From contig CATNEN010000001.1 in assembly GCA_950097015.1 (NCBI GenBank), positions 18,538,001-18,602,000 of the forward strand: a stretch of 64,000 nt of DNA, in the 5' to 3' direction. The stretch is from Macrostomum hystrix. Its lineage: Eukaryota > Animalia > Platyhelminthes. The notes below the pieces were generated by a model. That model was not told the DNA's origin, searched no databases, and saw only the letters and a program-made list of their open reading frames with translations. The first letter of the stretch is position 1. The number at the start of each line of letters is the position of its first letter. The position numbers and the translations under genes are program-made. Below are positions 24,874 through 36,575 of this stretch, piece after piece.

Positions 24874-26356
24874 ATCATAGCAGAAGTACTCTCGTAGAGA
24901 TAATCCGCGAATCGCTTCGTGAATCTATTTCTGGCTACCTTCTAGCACAATAGCATGCTCGGTTTAGACAGCAGTGAATTAACTTGCCAATACCGAGACA
25001 GCAGCAGCAAGCAAATTGCTTACTGTGGCCTAATTAGAATATGGCTCAGCCAATTTTGCTTATCGGCGCACGGAAAAAGCGCGGATAGCACTACCTGATT
25101 AGATTATCCCCGTAATGTGAGGAGAGTGACCGAACGCGTCGGTGAAAAGCCGCGGGACATTGTCCACTAAATTTCGCCTGCGTTGCTGAGCTGGAGTCAA
25201 GCGGGAGATGTTTGATGGATCGAAGCTTTTTGTTGGCGACAGGGCTGCTTTCTTCCTTATTAGTAAAAATGTGTACCATGCGCAGCTTACTAACGTAAGA
25301 AGAGATTATTAAAGCATCACTTCGAGTAGTCTATAGAGCTACTCTTTGGATTGTGCAGATAATTAGTCCATGGACAGTAAATACAGCTTTATCTCTAAAT
25401 TAATTCGTGAAGTATTGGCTCTTAGAGTTACATGCGGAGATAGCATAAAAATTTTTTTTAAAGCTGCACTGCTGTTCCTAACTTCCGGATGAATTTGAGC
25501 CAGAAATGGGCACTTGCTCCGGACAAATTCACCAGAAAGATGTAAAGACAGTCTCTGCACTACCCCCTGCTGCTCTGACCAAGCATTAAAAACTCACTCT
25601 GAATAGTTAAGTAATTGCATTTGATGAACCACCAAAGTACACTTGTGTACAACCCAATAGCCCACCCCAACTGGCCGTTTAAGTCCATCACTTTGTAATT
25701 TTTCAGTGCAGAGATCGTGCGCGTTGTACGTAATCATAGTAGATCACTTTGCTTATAATAATAGTACTAGGTTTAGTTAAGTTTAGTTTTCAAAAAGCCA
25801 AGCCAACAAGTACCTAGCAACCAACCGAGTCAGCGGACGAGATCTGTCAGAACATTTCTGGAAGCGCCGGTCACCGGCAGCCTGCTGTCCGATGGTTTCT
25901 AACCGGCCGACCTAAATGACTTGGAGAATCGTCTACCCATGGAGACATCACCGCAGTCTCCAAGCAACCGGGTACCGATCCTCCAAATAAAAATTACCTC
26001 TAACGAGCGGCCTTCGGTCAATTCGGTGCCAGCTGCCACTCAAGCCACAGTGCCAGCTGAGGTCAGCCTGAGGTCACCTAAGGTCACAACCAACCGGCAA
26101 TCCGGGCTATCTGAGGTCAACAACCTGCTTAAGGGCACCACTAGCCGGCAACCTGGGTCATCTAAGGACAATGGGTCTGACGTCAAGGCCCATTCAACTT
26201 CGCCGAAGACCAAGCTTCCAGACGCAGCTCCAGCGCAGTCATCTGCCACCATCAATACCCCCACCATTGTCAACAGCCTGCCAGCTAGAGCCACCAGCCA
26301 AGCCGCGCCAACTGCACTGGCCAGCCGAGAGCCGCCTGCAGCCGCACCGCCACCGC

Positions 26357-27714
26357 CAGTGGTGGGAGTGAGGCGCGAATTCGCGCCTGGCGCGAATTTC
26401 GGGATTAATGGCGCGAATGCGCGATTTCTGAGGCGAGGCGCGATTTTTTTATGCTCAATGCGCGAAAAATGTTAGATGATTTTGCTTTACTTTGCCAGTG
26501 ACTGCCACACCCCCAGTGTCTCCTACAGCTGTACTTTCACTTGTAAACTTATTGTTGTTTAAATAAACTTGTGTTATGCTGAAAAATTTTGTAGTTTTAT
26601 CAGACATTTAAGTGTCTTAGTTTTATTTAGCATTTTTAGAAATAGAACCGAAACTTATTCTTAATCTATTCTTGGAAATCAGTAATCCGTTGCGACTAAG
26701 AATTGAATACCAAGTTAAGACAACACTCATAGACTCATGAGCCTCTACCTCTACCTCTACCTCTACCTCAGAAAACTACCTATATAGTTTTCACTACAGC
26801 ATCTCTTCCATTTTCTCCTTCCAGCGCTACTGACAATTGTTATTAAAATTAAGCATGGCGAAGCGTGTTCAATGGAACAACGATTGGTTAAATAAGCTCG
26901 ACTATAATGGTGACATCATTGGTCTTTGGGCACGTAAGCGAGACGACTTTAAAGCAGATTGTGCCTGGTGTAATGTCGATTTTGTTTTTCGAAGTGGCAT
27001 TACAAACTTTAAGAGCCACTCGCAGGCAGTAAATCATCGCGAAATTTCGAAGGCCCGTCGGAGCAGCAGCTCCCTCAAGATGTTGATTAACTTTCGTTTG
27101 CAGAGTCGACACCTTCTGCACCAACTGAAACAGACTGTCAATCTGACTCTGGCCAATGTCCGTACTTGAGTTCGCTTGCTCAGTAGCTGATATTACTTCT
27201 GACATGTCAACTTCATATGGTGTGAAGCTGAAGCTTAAAGAATTGGAATAAGATAAGCAAAAAGAAGGCCCGTCGGAGCAGCAGGTCCCTCAAGATGTTG
27301 ATTAACTTTCGTTTGCAGAGTCGACACCTTCTGACCCTCAATGACACAATGTGAGGAAGGCCAGTCTGACACTCAATGACGCAATGTGAGGAAGGCCCGT
27401 CTGTTACGATTATTTCGAATTTAATCTTTGGCAATTCAATAACTTTCATTTAAATAATTCATTTGTAAGACCTAATAAAATGCAACACACGAGACCCACG
27501 AGTGCGAGTGGCGCACTATTGTCTACGACTACGATGTTAAATTATAGTCAACAAGCTGTTGCAGCAACACAACAATCGTTTTTTTTCAATCAGAGTTACT
27601 CTTTTGAACATTATATAGTCAATGTATGGCAAAAAAAGATTGACACAAAAAAACTTGCGGCGCGAAAAAAAATCGTAGGCGCGAAAAAAAGGGCACTCCT
27701 CACTCCCACCACTG
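26357..27714 (+). mobile_element. Non-autonomous hAT DNA transposon (1358 bp)
   Basis: Perfect 17-bp TIRs CAGTGGTGGGAGTGAGG (26357-26373 / 27698-27714); 8-bp TSD GCCACCGC/ACCACCGC; GCGCGAA subterminal repeats at both ends; internal ~70-bp duplication at 27050/27264. Confidence 0.9.
26855..27070 (+). pseudogene. BED-type zinc finger; 5' remnant of a hAT transposase
   Basis: MAKRVQWNNDWL...ADCAWC...GITNFKSHSQAVNH (Cx2C...Hx5H) lies inside the hAT TIRs. Confidence 0.7.
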
Positions 27715-30700
27715 ACCACCGCCCAACGACCGTCAGCTGCATCCGCCAGCGCGAGCCGGTCAACAGGTCCGAACCTACGCCGACTGGGCACTGCCTGACG
27801 AGACCAACAGGTCAAGTAAATACTGAGCCTCTACCTAATTGCTACATTAGTTATAATTATCACCCCCACATGTTCGAATTATGCGCCGACAGTGTTTATC
27901 GCACACTGCTAGAGGAGGTCTGGCCGGCAGCCTCTAGAACGCCGGCTTGTCCATTGGACAGGTCCGGCAAACTCCTATTCCAATGTAGAGCTCAGGCCAA
28001 ATTTTATATGGCACCCTGCATAAAAAATCATAAAAAGGATTACCTAGTCTACGAGTACGAATCCGGATTGGATCTGCCTAACTTCAACTCATGTCTAATT
28101 AATTTCTACACCACCCTGCCAGGCTCGGTGATAGGCCACCGCGGCCTATAGCCGAACAGGCCCGGGCCAACCGGCAGGCTGCTTCGAGAATTCCTCCACC
28201 GAGGGTTGGGTCACGAGAAGAACGAGTGGCCAAGGCGCAACACAAACTAACACAGTACTCAGTACACACAGTACACAGTACAAACACCTGCTCAAAATTG
28301 TGTTTCTTCGCCATGACCAGTCACTGCCGCAGCGTGCTCATGTATGGCCTTCGATTCGGTCGCTGCGCAGTGCGACTGACACGGCCGGGGTCATCACGGC
28401 CATGGAGACGGTCGCGACCAGACTACGACGGGCGCAGAGCACAGGCGATAGACAGGCCTTCAAAACTCTATTGAACATTGAGTTTTGTTGGATTCTCATT
28501 CAGCTAGGCTGGGTGCATTACGAAGAACCACCGCCTCAGTTTGACTTTTAAAGGGACTAATTAAATGCCTTTGATCGTTTATAATTTCTTAGTGTGCATA
28601 TCTTACGGACGCCTAGTTTTATGAATTGCCATATTTATTTGTGTGTTTCTGCTTCTTTTTACCAATACTTTTGTGCCTGCGTACGTTCTTTGTGTGTTTG
28701 CTAACATCTTTTTGACAAATAAATTTTGCTACGTATTCTACTTGTGCTAATAATCCTTCACTTAAATATTCAGTCTTATTAGTAAGAGGAGGCAGTTGTA
28801 AAGGGGGCCTCATTGGTCAAATCAAATTAGCGCGGGAAATATTTTTATATATTCTTTTATATGCTACAAATATCTATACGTAATCTTTGTTTTACTCCAC
28901 TGAAATATACAGGGAATATTCAATAAGATTTTGGTATAAATACAGAGGGGTTTTTATATAGGAAGCTAACCGTTTGGTCTGCCATTAAATTGGAGCTTAA
29001 ACAGTTCAGTCTCTTTGTGAGCATACTCAAAAAGCCTTGAAATGGATAGGTGTTTGCAAGCGCTGACCTGCCCTCGTGAGAGAAAACTCCTAAGGCGGGC
29101 GACAGAGTCGACTTAAATATCCGCCTAGCTACACGCGGGATGCCGCGGAGAGAGAGAGGAGATGAAGGGAGAGAGAGAAGGAGGTTCAGCGGATGCAGGG
29201 AGTGGTCATATCGGCCTCAGGCTGGCCAGTCCCACTCGTCCCATATGCCACAGGCATGACTGCCGTGCCTACCCCAAGCAGTGCTCGAAACCGGCTAAAA
29301 GTCTAAGGAGAGGTGTCGGACTGCCCGGAATCGGACAGGGCAGGGCTAACTAGTCTACTGCCGCCAGTAGTGCGTGCGCAACTGACTCCTAACCTTGGTA
29401 GCGGTGGTCGAATCGGCCTAGGCTCCTGTCACAGAACTGCGGAAAGGCTATCGGCAAAGCGGATAGTTGATCGAGGGTAGCGCCACCACCCAATGCGCCT
29501 ACGTTGCCACCGCAGGCATTTTGGAACTTGGGTCCCCGGAGTACACAGCTCCTAGTTTATCACGCAGATCTAGACAAGCCGAAAAATAGGGCATTCTGCA
29601 ACTTCCGTTTTAGACTGGGGTGAGAGCCCCAGAATGGATTGAGACACGCCTCAAAAGGGGGTTCCTGAATTCGCGCTACAGGGGTCTAGAAAGGTGGTAC
29701 TCAGAACTCGAATGAGAATCCATAGCCAGAATCCTACTCATGAAACATCAGACACATTCTTTACATTAGACTGCCGCCTACACATTAAGTAACTAACAAA
29801 TCCGAATCTGTGTGAGATGAGGAGATCAGAGGCTGGAGAGATTAAGCAGAACACTGGCTGAGTGATTACGCAAGCGCAAGATTATTAGATCATCACTCTC
29901 GCTCCCGTGGCCGCGGTTGCGAGAGGGGGATAGGGGAAAACTCCATTGGAAAGGGAGTTCGACCCGTACACCTTGAGTCCACCCAAGAGGAAGAAGGAAA
30001 GCCGGCCAAGGATTCCCCCAACCCCCTGGGAAGAAATGCACGTCCTACACTCCGCATTTTTGCTTGCAAATCCCTAGCTCCTTATTACTCTTATGCGCGC
30101 GTACAGTTGCCTTCCTGCCGCAGCCTTCAGCTCGGCATCACCAGAGCCCACCCCCTAGGAGTTTAGCCACTCATAACCGAGGGCTGTCTGAGAGATAAAA
30201 TAAACATAGAAGATAACATGCAGAGACGATTTAAATCGTTATTTAAGATTGGCCTATGGTCAAATGATTGGCTAGAGTTGTACTAATTTATTGAGCCAAA
30301 AAGTCCTAGTGCCCTTTTCCACTAAAGTGCCGCTTGGCTAAAAGAAAAGTCCCTTTGGGGTAACAATCAGAAACCGCTACGCGGGTTACTTATCAGAGTG
30401 CCGATTGCGTGCCGCAGGCCAGTCGTTCTCGAGGGAGGGCAGGGCAAAATAGCAGAGGCAGAGAAGGGAAGGGCTAATTATGAGCTGGCAGGGGCCAACG
30501 CACCAGTGGAGCTCTGAGGCTCAATTTGAGGGCTCACCTAAAGAGGTGGCTTGCACTGTTAGGGAATCAGGCGCAGGCAATGGGCCTGCGAGCGCTATGC
30601 TGAGCTTCGAGCTCGAGGGTCTAAGCCCTAAGTGGAAGAGGTAGGTGGAAGGTCGGTCCGGTCTGAACGGAGTCGGAAAGGGGGTCCAGTCTCGGGGGCC

Positions 30701-32292
30701 GAGGTCCTAGGGGGAGCAGCGCAGCGCGCTTCCTTAAATAGTCCTGCAGCACGCCAACCTCGACATTCATCAAAATAACCCACATTCGCGCCAGCCTGTC
30801 ATCGAGGAATCGAAGCGGCGATGGCCACCCCGATTACCCAATGAACCGGCGGCGAGAAACGACAGATGCTCCTTTACGAGCAGCCGCCGGCAGTCGGCCA
30901 ATAATTGTTACTCCGCCAGGACAAAGGGAAGCGCAGGCGCCGACCTGCCTACAGTGACATTTACATGTATCTAAGAGAGGAGGCCATAAAGTCGAGCTGG
31001 GCTCGAATACTGTAAAGAAGTGGGGACATGAAGAATTAATGATCACTTATAATGCCCGAGTGATTCCCAATATCTGATCGCGGTTTGGAGGGGAATTATG
31101 ACCTAAACTAGCTCATACAATAAAGTTATGGCCGCGATCAGTTATTCCTACAGGGGTCTAGACAGATCCAGGGAGAGAGGATTCGACGGCTACTTAATTC
31201 ACCGCCGCCCCAAACCCGGCCCTAAGATTAATGATCTTGTTTGTGGCCAGCTGCTAGTTGGGTCGCGATTATTGACTGCCTAAAAATTTGAAAAATTCCG
31301 CTGGCTCACATTCCCACTCGATTCCCGCAGCACACTCCACATCAGCCTTACTTATTTCTAAGTGAGTGGAAACCGTTCATACCGACCCGGGAAAAAGCCC
31401 GAGTACAGACTGGCCAGAGAGCCTGAATTATCTGACTAAATTGTCTGAAACACCTGAGAGCAGTCTCCAGAATTGCCTAGATTTAGTATCTAGAACACTA
31501 CTGGCAGAAGGCCAGAACTATCGTGTTGAGAGCCACGCTACCCAAACTATCAGTAGTTTGAATCAATCCACCCAAAAGGGGTGCGGTATAATGATTGTAC
31601 AAGTCACTGTAAGTGACTGAAGACAATAAACAAGGAAATCAGGCCAACCATTTACATTATGTATTATTAAAGAGGAGAATTTGAATTACTAGAAAAGTGC
31701 AATATAGAAGAAGCTCTACAACAAAATTGACGGTCTAAGTTTTTAAACCTATTTATTAACTTATGCTTATAAAATTATGGCAAAACAATATAAAAGTACG
31801 CAACTTTTAATCATTTTCATTCAACAGTTCAGATCTCGAAATAGTCGAAATATTCTGTGCGAGTCTAAGCCTAGTTAGTTTCTGTCTGCAATGCCAACAT
31901 TATGCCACTTTGTTTTAAAAAGTCTCCAAACTTGCTCAACCGTTTATGCTAAGCTACTCATAGTAGCCTATGCATTCTAATAAAGAAGAAAAAATCACAT
32001 TAAAAAAATAAAACTGTTTAATTGTTTTTTATATTTATATTCACATATTTCTCCTTTCTCTTTCTGTTGTGAAGGCTTTTACCTATTTTTTACTGTATAT
32101 GTACGCAAGTCCACCACTCAGCCTACTCCGCCTGCCCCACCCCATTTTTGATTTGAGGTTGGCCGCACTGGAGCTTTTATAAATGTGGAATGTTGACTTA
32201 TAATAGTTAAGGAGTTGTTTTTCGCGCTCAGCGTTTTTTGTGGCGGATTATAGCCAATTAACAAATTTACGAGTCATCGTTGTTGAAGCCTT

Positions 32293-35200
32293 TGTGGCGG
32301 AAAGTGCAAATTTTCATGTCGTATCTTCTAACCCTAACTTCATTTTCTAACCCTGTTCGGTTGTTTGGGCATGTGCATGCCTCCAACTCATTGACATACT
32401 TTGAATATGTACAACGCGCGTACATCGCTTAATCGCGCGTTCACTTTCTTTACCGAGAACCCTGCGGCTTTAGTCCACCTCCAATTTTCACCTTCGTGGC
32501 AAGCCAAAGCTGTGTCATTCTAACCATTGATTCTATAAAATATACCGTCAGCCGGCCCTTTCTAGCCTACCGACGTCTGTAGACAACAGCTGAAAAACTA
32601 CGAAAGACTGGACATCTAGACGAGTACGACAAAATCCTGCAAGAACAACTCCGACAAGGGGTTATTGAGCCCGTGCCGAAAGATGAGGATCCGCAAACAA
32701 TCAAGCACTACCTTCCTCATCTACCGGTTTTCAAGGAGGACAGCTCCACAACACGACTTCGAATCGTGTTTGATGCAAGTGCAAAGACATCGATGAGCTA
32801 TTCGCTAAACGAAGTACTTGATCAGGGACCATGTCGCCTACCATCGGTCTTCTCGCTACTGCTGCGGTTTAGGACTCATCCGATTGCATTGATCGCCGAT
32901 GTCGAGAAAGCCTTCCTGCAAATAACAATCCAAGAGCCGGACCGCGACGCCGTGCGCTTCTTATGGCTAACACGGCATCTCGAGAAAGAATCGAACGTTC
33001 TCATCCTACGTTATGTCCGTCTTGTGTTCGGCTTAGTGTGCAGCCCAGCAATACTGCAAGAGGTGCTTCTGTATCACCTTCGAAACACGAAGCAAGCTTC
33101 ATTCAAGATGCGCGAGCAGCTGGCGCGCGATACGTACGTAGACAATCTAGTAACCGGAGCACCCTCCGTCAGCTCAGCGATTGAACTTTACAAGCGGACT
33201 CGAGAAATCTTCCAAGAAGCCTCCATGAACATGCGGGGATGGATTTCGAACTCTATGGAACTCACCGAAATGTTCAGCGCAGACGGTACGGGAGCTCAGC
33301 CCCCGACCACGGTCAAAGTGCTCGGCATGCTGTGGAATCCTCATAAGGACACATTCGAACTCTCAATTCGCGATCATCCGACAGTGAAAATAAAAGAAGA
33401 AGGAGTAGAACTTACGAAGCGAACGACACTGTCTGCCTTCTCCAAGACATTCGACCCTCTGGGGCTGCTCAGTCCACTTCTAACGCGACCAAGATTGCTG
33501 TTTCAACAAAGCTGCCGTCTGAACGTCGAATGGGACGCTGCGCTTCCAGAACCACTAAAGAGTCAATGGAGCGAGTGCCTCAATGACTTGACAGACTGGA
33601 CATGTCGCATCGATAGACCAGTTTCAGCTTTCAGTTCAGCCTCTAAAGAGATCCATGGCTTCTGCGATGCCTCACCGGTAACGTATGCCGCCTGCGTCTA
33701 CCTACGATCTACATCCGAATCAGGAGATGTTCGAGTATCCCTTCTCGCAGCCAAATCTCGCGTTGCACCAGTTGCGGAAACTACAATTCCGCGGTTGGAG
33801 CTGATGGCAGCCAAGGAACTCGCTAAACTGATCCACGAGGTTCGAAGAGAGTTCCCCGAAGTCCCGGTGACCTGTTGGAGCGACAGTATGGACTCACTGT
33901 GGTGGATAAAATCAGTGCACAAAGTCTGGAAAGCTTTTATCGAGAACAGAGTAGCATTCATCCGAACGACAGTTCCACCGGAGCAATGGAGACACTGTCC
34001 CGGAAAGGACAACCCGGCGGACGTTGCAACCCGACCAGTCGACCCGGGAGCATTTGATGGTCGATCAGCATGGTTTCGTGGGCCTTCGTGGCTGAAAACC
34101 AACTTTTCAACATGGCCCGTCCAGCCAGAGTTCATTGAGAAGTCGAGCAGCGAAAATACCGTCTATGCAACGGTGACAAGCAATGCTCTCCTGAGTAGGC
34201 ACATTGATAACATCATTGAGCTACAGAGGTTCAGCACACTGGAAAAGTTGCTCCGTGTCACTGCGTGGGTCCTCCGCGCAGTCCAAATGTTGAAATGTCG
34301 AACACGATTTCTGGCCAGCTCTCTTACCTCCGAGGAACTACAGGCAGCCGAACACCTCTGGGTTAGCTCTCTGCAGGCAAAGTCCTTTACTGCTGAGATT
34401 AAATGCATCACGTATCAAACTGCTAAGACACCGTTACATCAGAATCTGCGCTTGTTTATAGACCAGGATAACGTCCTACGCTGCACTGGACGTCTAGGAG
34501 AGTCCGATCTTTCGCCAGACCGTAAGTCACCTATTCTGTGCCCGACAGACGACAACTTTCAACGGCTGCTTATCAGACATGCTCACAGGAAAGTAGCCCA
34601 CGGAGGGGTAACGGCCACATTGGTACAGATTCGCGAGAAGTATTGGATGCTGAAGGCGCGACAGAAGATCAAATCGGTGCTTAGGCGGTGTAACACATGC
34701 ATTAGGTTGCAAGGTTTGCCATACAAAGTTCGACAGCAGTCTCAGTTACCGTCTTTTCGAATCGAGTCGCTCAGAGCATTTCAGCACGTTGGCCTCGACT
34801 ACTGCGGTCCACTACTCTACCGCAGGGGGGAGGGTGACGACCAGCACAAAGCCTATATTCTGCTATTCGTGTGTACCAGTACCAGAGCAGTCCACCTTGA
34901 AGTGGTGTCAGACTTGACCACTCAGCCATTTCTACAAAGCCTTCGCCGTTTCTGTGCTCGCCGTGGAATACCCTCCATTATTTCCGACAACTTTAAGACG
35001 TTCCACGCTGCAGCGCGTCTGCTTGATACCCGACCAGCACCGCTACAGACTACAGATGGTCAAGAGTTCCTGACAACCAAGAGAATCAGCTGGTCATTCA
35101 TTCCAGAGAGAGCCCCATGGATGGGAGGGTTCTACGAGCGTCTAGTGGGCGTTGTGAAAGCAGCACTCAAGAAGACCATTGGCAAGGCATTCCTGACTCT

Positions 35201-36517
35201 GGAAGAATTATCGACAGTGGCGTGTGAGATGGAAGCTGTTGTCAACTCACGCCCGCTCGGCTTTGTCGCGTCCGAAGCTCATTCAGAAGTGATCACCCCG
35301 AGCCACTTCCTCGTGCTCAACCGGCTAACTAACGATCCAGAGGCTACTTCTGAGACGTTGACAATATTGCCACTGCCAGAGAGATTGAGTCGAGTTCGGC
35401 AGACACTCAACAGATTCTGGCGAGAATTCAAGAATGAATACGTCCTAGCTCTGCGCGAGCGCTCCATTAGAGAAAGTCGAACGTCTACTCGCGAAGTCAT
35501 GGTCGGTGACGTTGTGTTGGTCATGGACTCCGGCGTGCCGAGGCTGCAGTGGAAGTTAGCCGTTGTGGAAGCGGTTCACCATGGTCGAGATGGTTTGGCG
35601 AGATCATGTCTTCTCCGGTTAGCGAATCCACAGCGTCGTTTCTCATCTCATTTTCGTCGTCCGGTTGCATTGCTGGTTCCTCTTGAAGTCTAAGCGCGCG
35701 CTGTCTCGCTCTTTCTCATCTTGTCTATCGCGTTTTTTCTGTTCTCCGTTCATTTCCCTCTAGTGCTTCTTTTCCGGCGTGCCGCTCTTTGTTTTTATTA
35801 GGAAGCTCAAGTTGGCGATCTTATATTCACGTCTATATTTATATTTGTTGTTATTCTGGTAAAGGCTCTTTAAACCGTGTCTCAATATTGCTTTTCAGTT
35901 TTCAGTGTTCTTTTTCTTGAGAGCTAAAAGTTTTCTCTTTTGGTGTTGGTTATACAGTATCCTAATTCGTTGCGCCTATTGGCTACACTATTATCTTGTT
36001 TCGTTTGTTCTGTGCACGAGGCCAAAACTTTCGCGGCTTCGACTCTTCTGCGTAGGCTTGTACTATTCCATTCACTTAGTCTTTAAGCTGATAATCTCTA
36101 CGTATACTCCCGATGCTATGATTTCTCGAACAGTTACTTCACTCGCTCGTGTGCATTATCCCTTTCCTTTTTGAGCCAGTGACTCGAGCATCGGTCACTG
36201 GCGGGGGAGTGTGGCGGAAAGTGCAAATTTTCATGTCGTATCTTCTAACCCTAACTTCATTTTCTAACCCTGTTCGGTTGTTTGGGCATGTGCATGCCTC
36301 CAACTCATTGACATACTTTGAATATGTACAACGCGCGTACATCGTTTAATCGCGCGTTCACTTTCTTTACCGAGAACCCTGCGGCTTTAGTCCACCTCCA
36401 ATTTTCACCTTCGTGGCAAGCCAAAGCTGTGTCATTCTAACCATTGATTCTATAAAATATACCGTCAGCCGGCCCTTTCTAGCCGGACCTAGTTTCTACA
36501 AGCTAAATTTAACTACA
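32293..36517 (+). mobile_element. BEL/Pao LTR retrotransposon #1, young and internally deleted (end of 5' LTR, PBS, gag and protease missing)
   Basis: LTR copies 32293-32567 and 36210-36517 (TG...CA, 1 mismatch over 275 shared bp); PPT GGCGGGGGAG before the 3' LTR; 5-bp TSD GCCTT at 32288-32292 and 36518-36522. Confidence 0.95.
32673..35693 (+). CDS. pol: BEL/Pao pol (RT-RNase H-integrase), open for 1006 codons but 5'-truncated
   Basis: YLPH.PV, RIVFDAS, ADVEKAFLQ, YVDN (RT); HGFCDAS, TIPRLEL, WSDS, NPAD (RNase H); H..H..C..C, GLDYCGP, SDN, GGFYERLV (integrase). Confidence 0.95.
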   Translation: MPKDEDPQTIKHYLPHLPVFKEDSSTTRLRIVFDASAKTSMSYSLNEVLDQGPCRLPSVFSLLLRFRTHPIALIADVEKAFLQITIQEPDRDAVRFLWLTRHLEKESNVLILRYVRLVFGLVCSPAILQEVLLYHLRNTKQASFKMREQLARDTYVDNLVTGAPSVSSAIELYKRTREIFQEASMNMRGWISNSMELTEMFSADGTGAQPPTTVKVLGMLWNPHKDTFELSIRDHPTVKIKEEGVELTKRTTLSAFSKTFDPLGLLSPLLTRPRLLFQQSCRLNVEWDAALPEPLKSQWSECLNDLTDWTCRIDRPVSAFSSASKEIHGFCDASPVTYAACVYLRSTSESGDVRVSLLAAKSRVAPVAETTIPRLELMAAKELAKLIHEVRREFPEVPVTCWSDSMDSLWWIKSVHKVWKAFIENRVAFIRTTVPPEQWRHCPGKDNPADVATRPVDPGAFDGRSAWFRGPSWLKTNFSTWPVQPEFIEKSSSENTVYATVTSNALLSRHIDNIIELQRFSTLEKLLRVTAWVLRAVQMLKCRTRFLASSLTSEELQAAEHLWVSSLQAKSFTAEIKCITYQTAKTPLHQNLRLFIDQDNVLRCTGRLGESDLSPDRKSPILCPTDDNFQRLLIRHAHRKVAHGGVTATLVQIREKYWMLKARQKIKSVLRRCNTCIRLQGLPYKVRQQSQLPSFRIESLRAFQHVGLDYCGPLLYRRGEGDDQHKAYILLFVCTSTRAVHLEVVSDLTTQPFLQSLRRFCARRGIPSIISDNFKTFHAAARLLDTRPAPLQTTDGQEFLTTKRISWSFIPERAPWMGGFYERLVGVVKAALKKTIGKAFLTLEELSTVACEMEAVVNSRPLGFVASEAHSEVITPSHFLVLNRLTNDPEATSETLTILPLPERLSRVRQTLNRFWREFKNEYVLALRERSIRESRTSTREVMVGDVVLVMDSGVPRLQWKLAVVEAVHHGRDGLARSCLLRLANPQRRFSSHFRRPVALLVPLEV

Positions 36518-36552
36518 GCCTTAATTTATCTTATAGTCTGCTGAACATTAAC

Positions 36553-36568
36553 TGATAGCAGAGCGTGG
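36553..36568 (+). other. Primer-binding-site-like sequence (tRNA-iMet type) of BEL #2
   Basis: TGATAGCAGAGCGTGG resembles TGGTAGCAGAG, the complement of the initiator tRNA-Met 3' end; it sits between ...GAACA and the gag ATG. Confidence 0.6.
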
Positions 36569-36575
36569 TTGCAAA

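Larger units (their letters stand above)
25939..28551 (+). pseudogene. Unknown gene with a S/T/P-rich N-terminus, disrupted by the hAT insertion and internal stops
   Basis: Removing the hAT joins ...PPAAAPPP to PNDRQLHPPARAGQQVRTYADWALPDETN in frame; a putative 40-bp intron 27811-27850 joins to SYNYHPHMFELCAD...; further coding-like segment 28300-28551; no family recognised. Confidence 0.4.

Noticed and set aside
32100-32170. Possible hAT-like right end (...GGCCGCACTG)
   Set aside because: No matching left TIR or TSD found in the window
32325-32355. Telomere-like CTAACCCTAA in the BEL LTR
   Set aside because: Fewer than two full units; not an array
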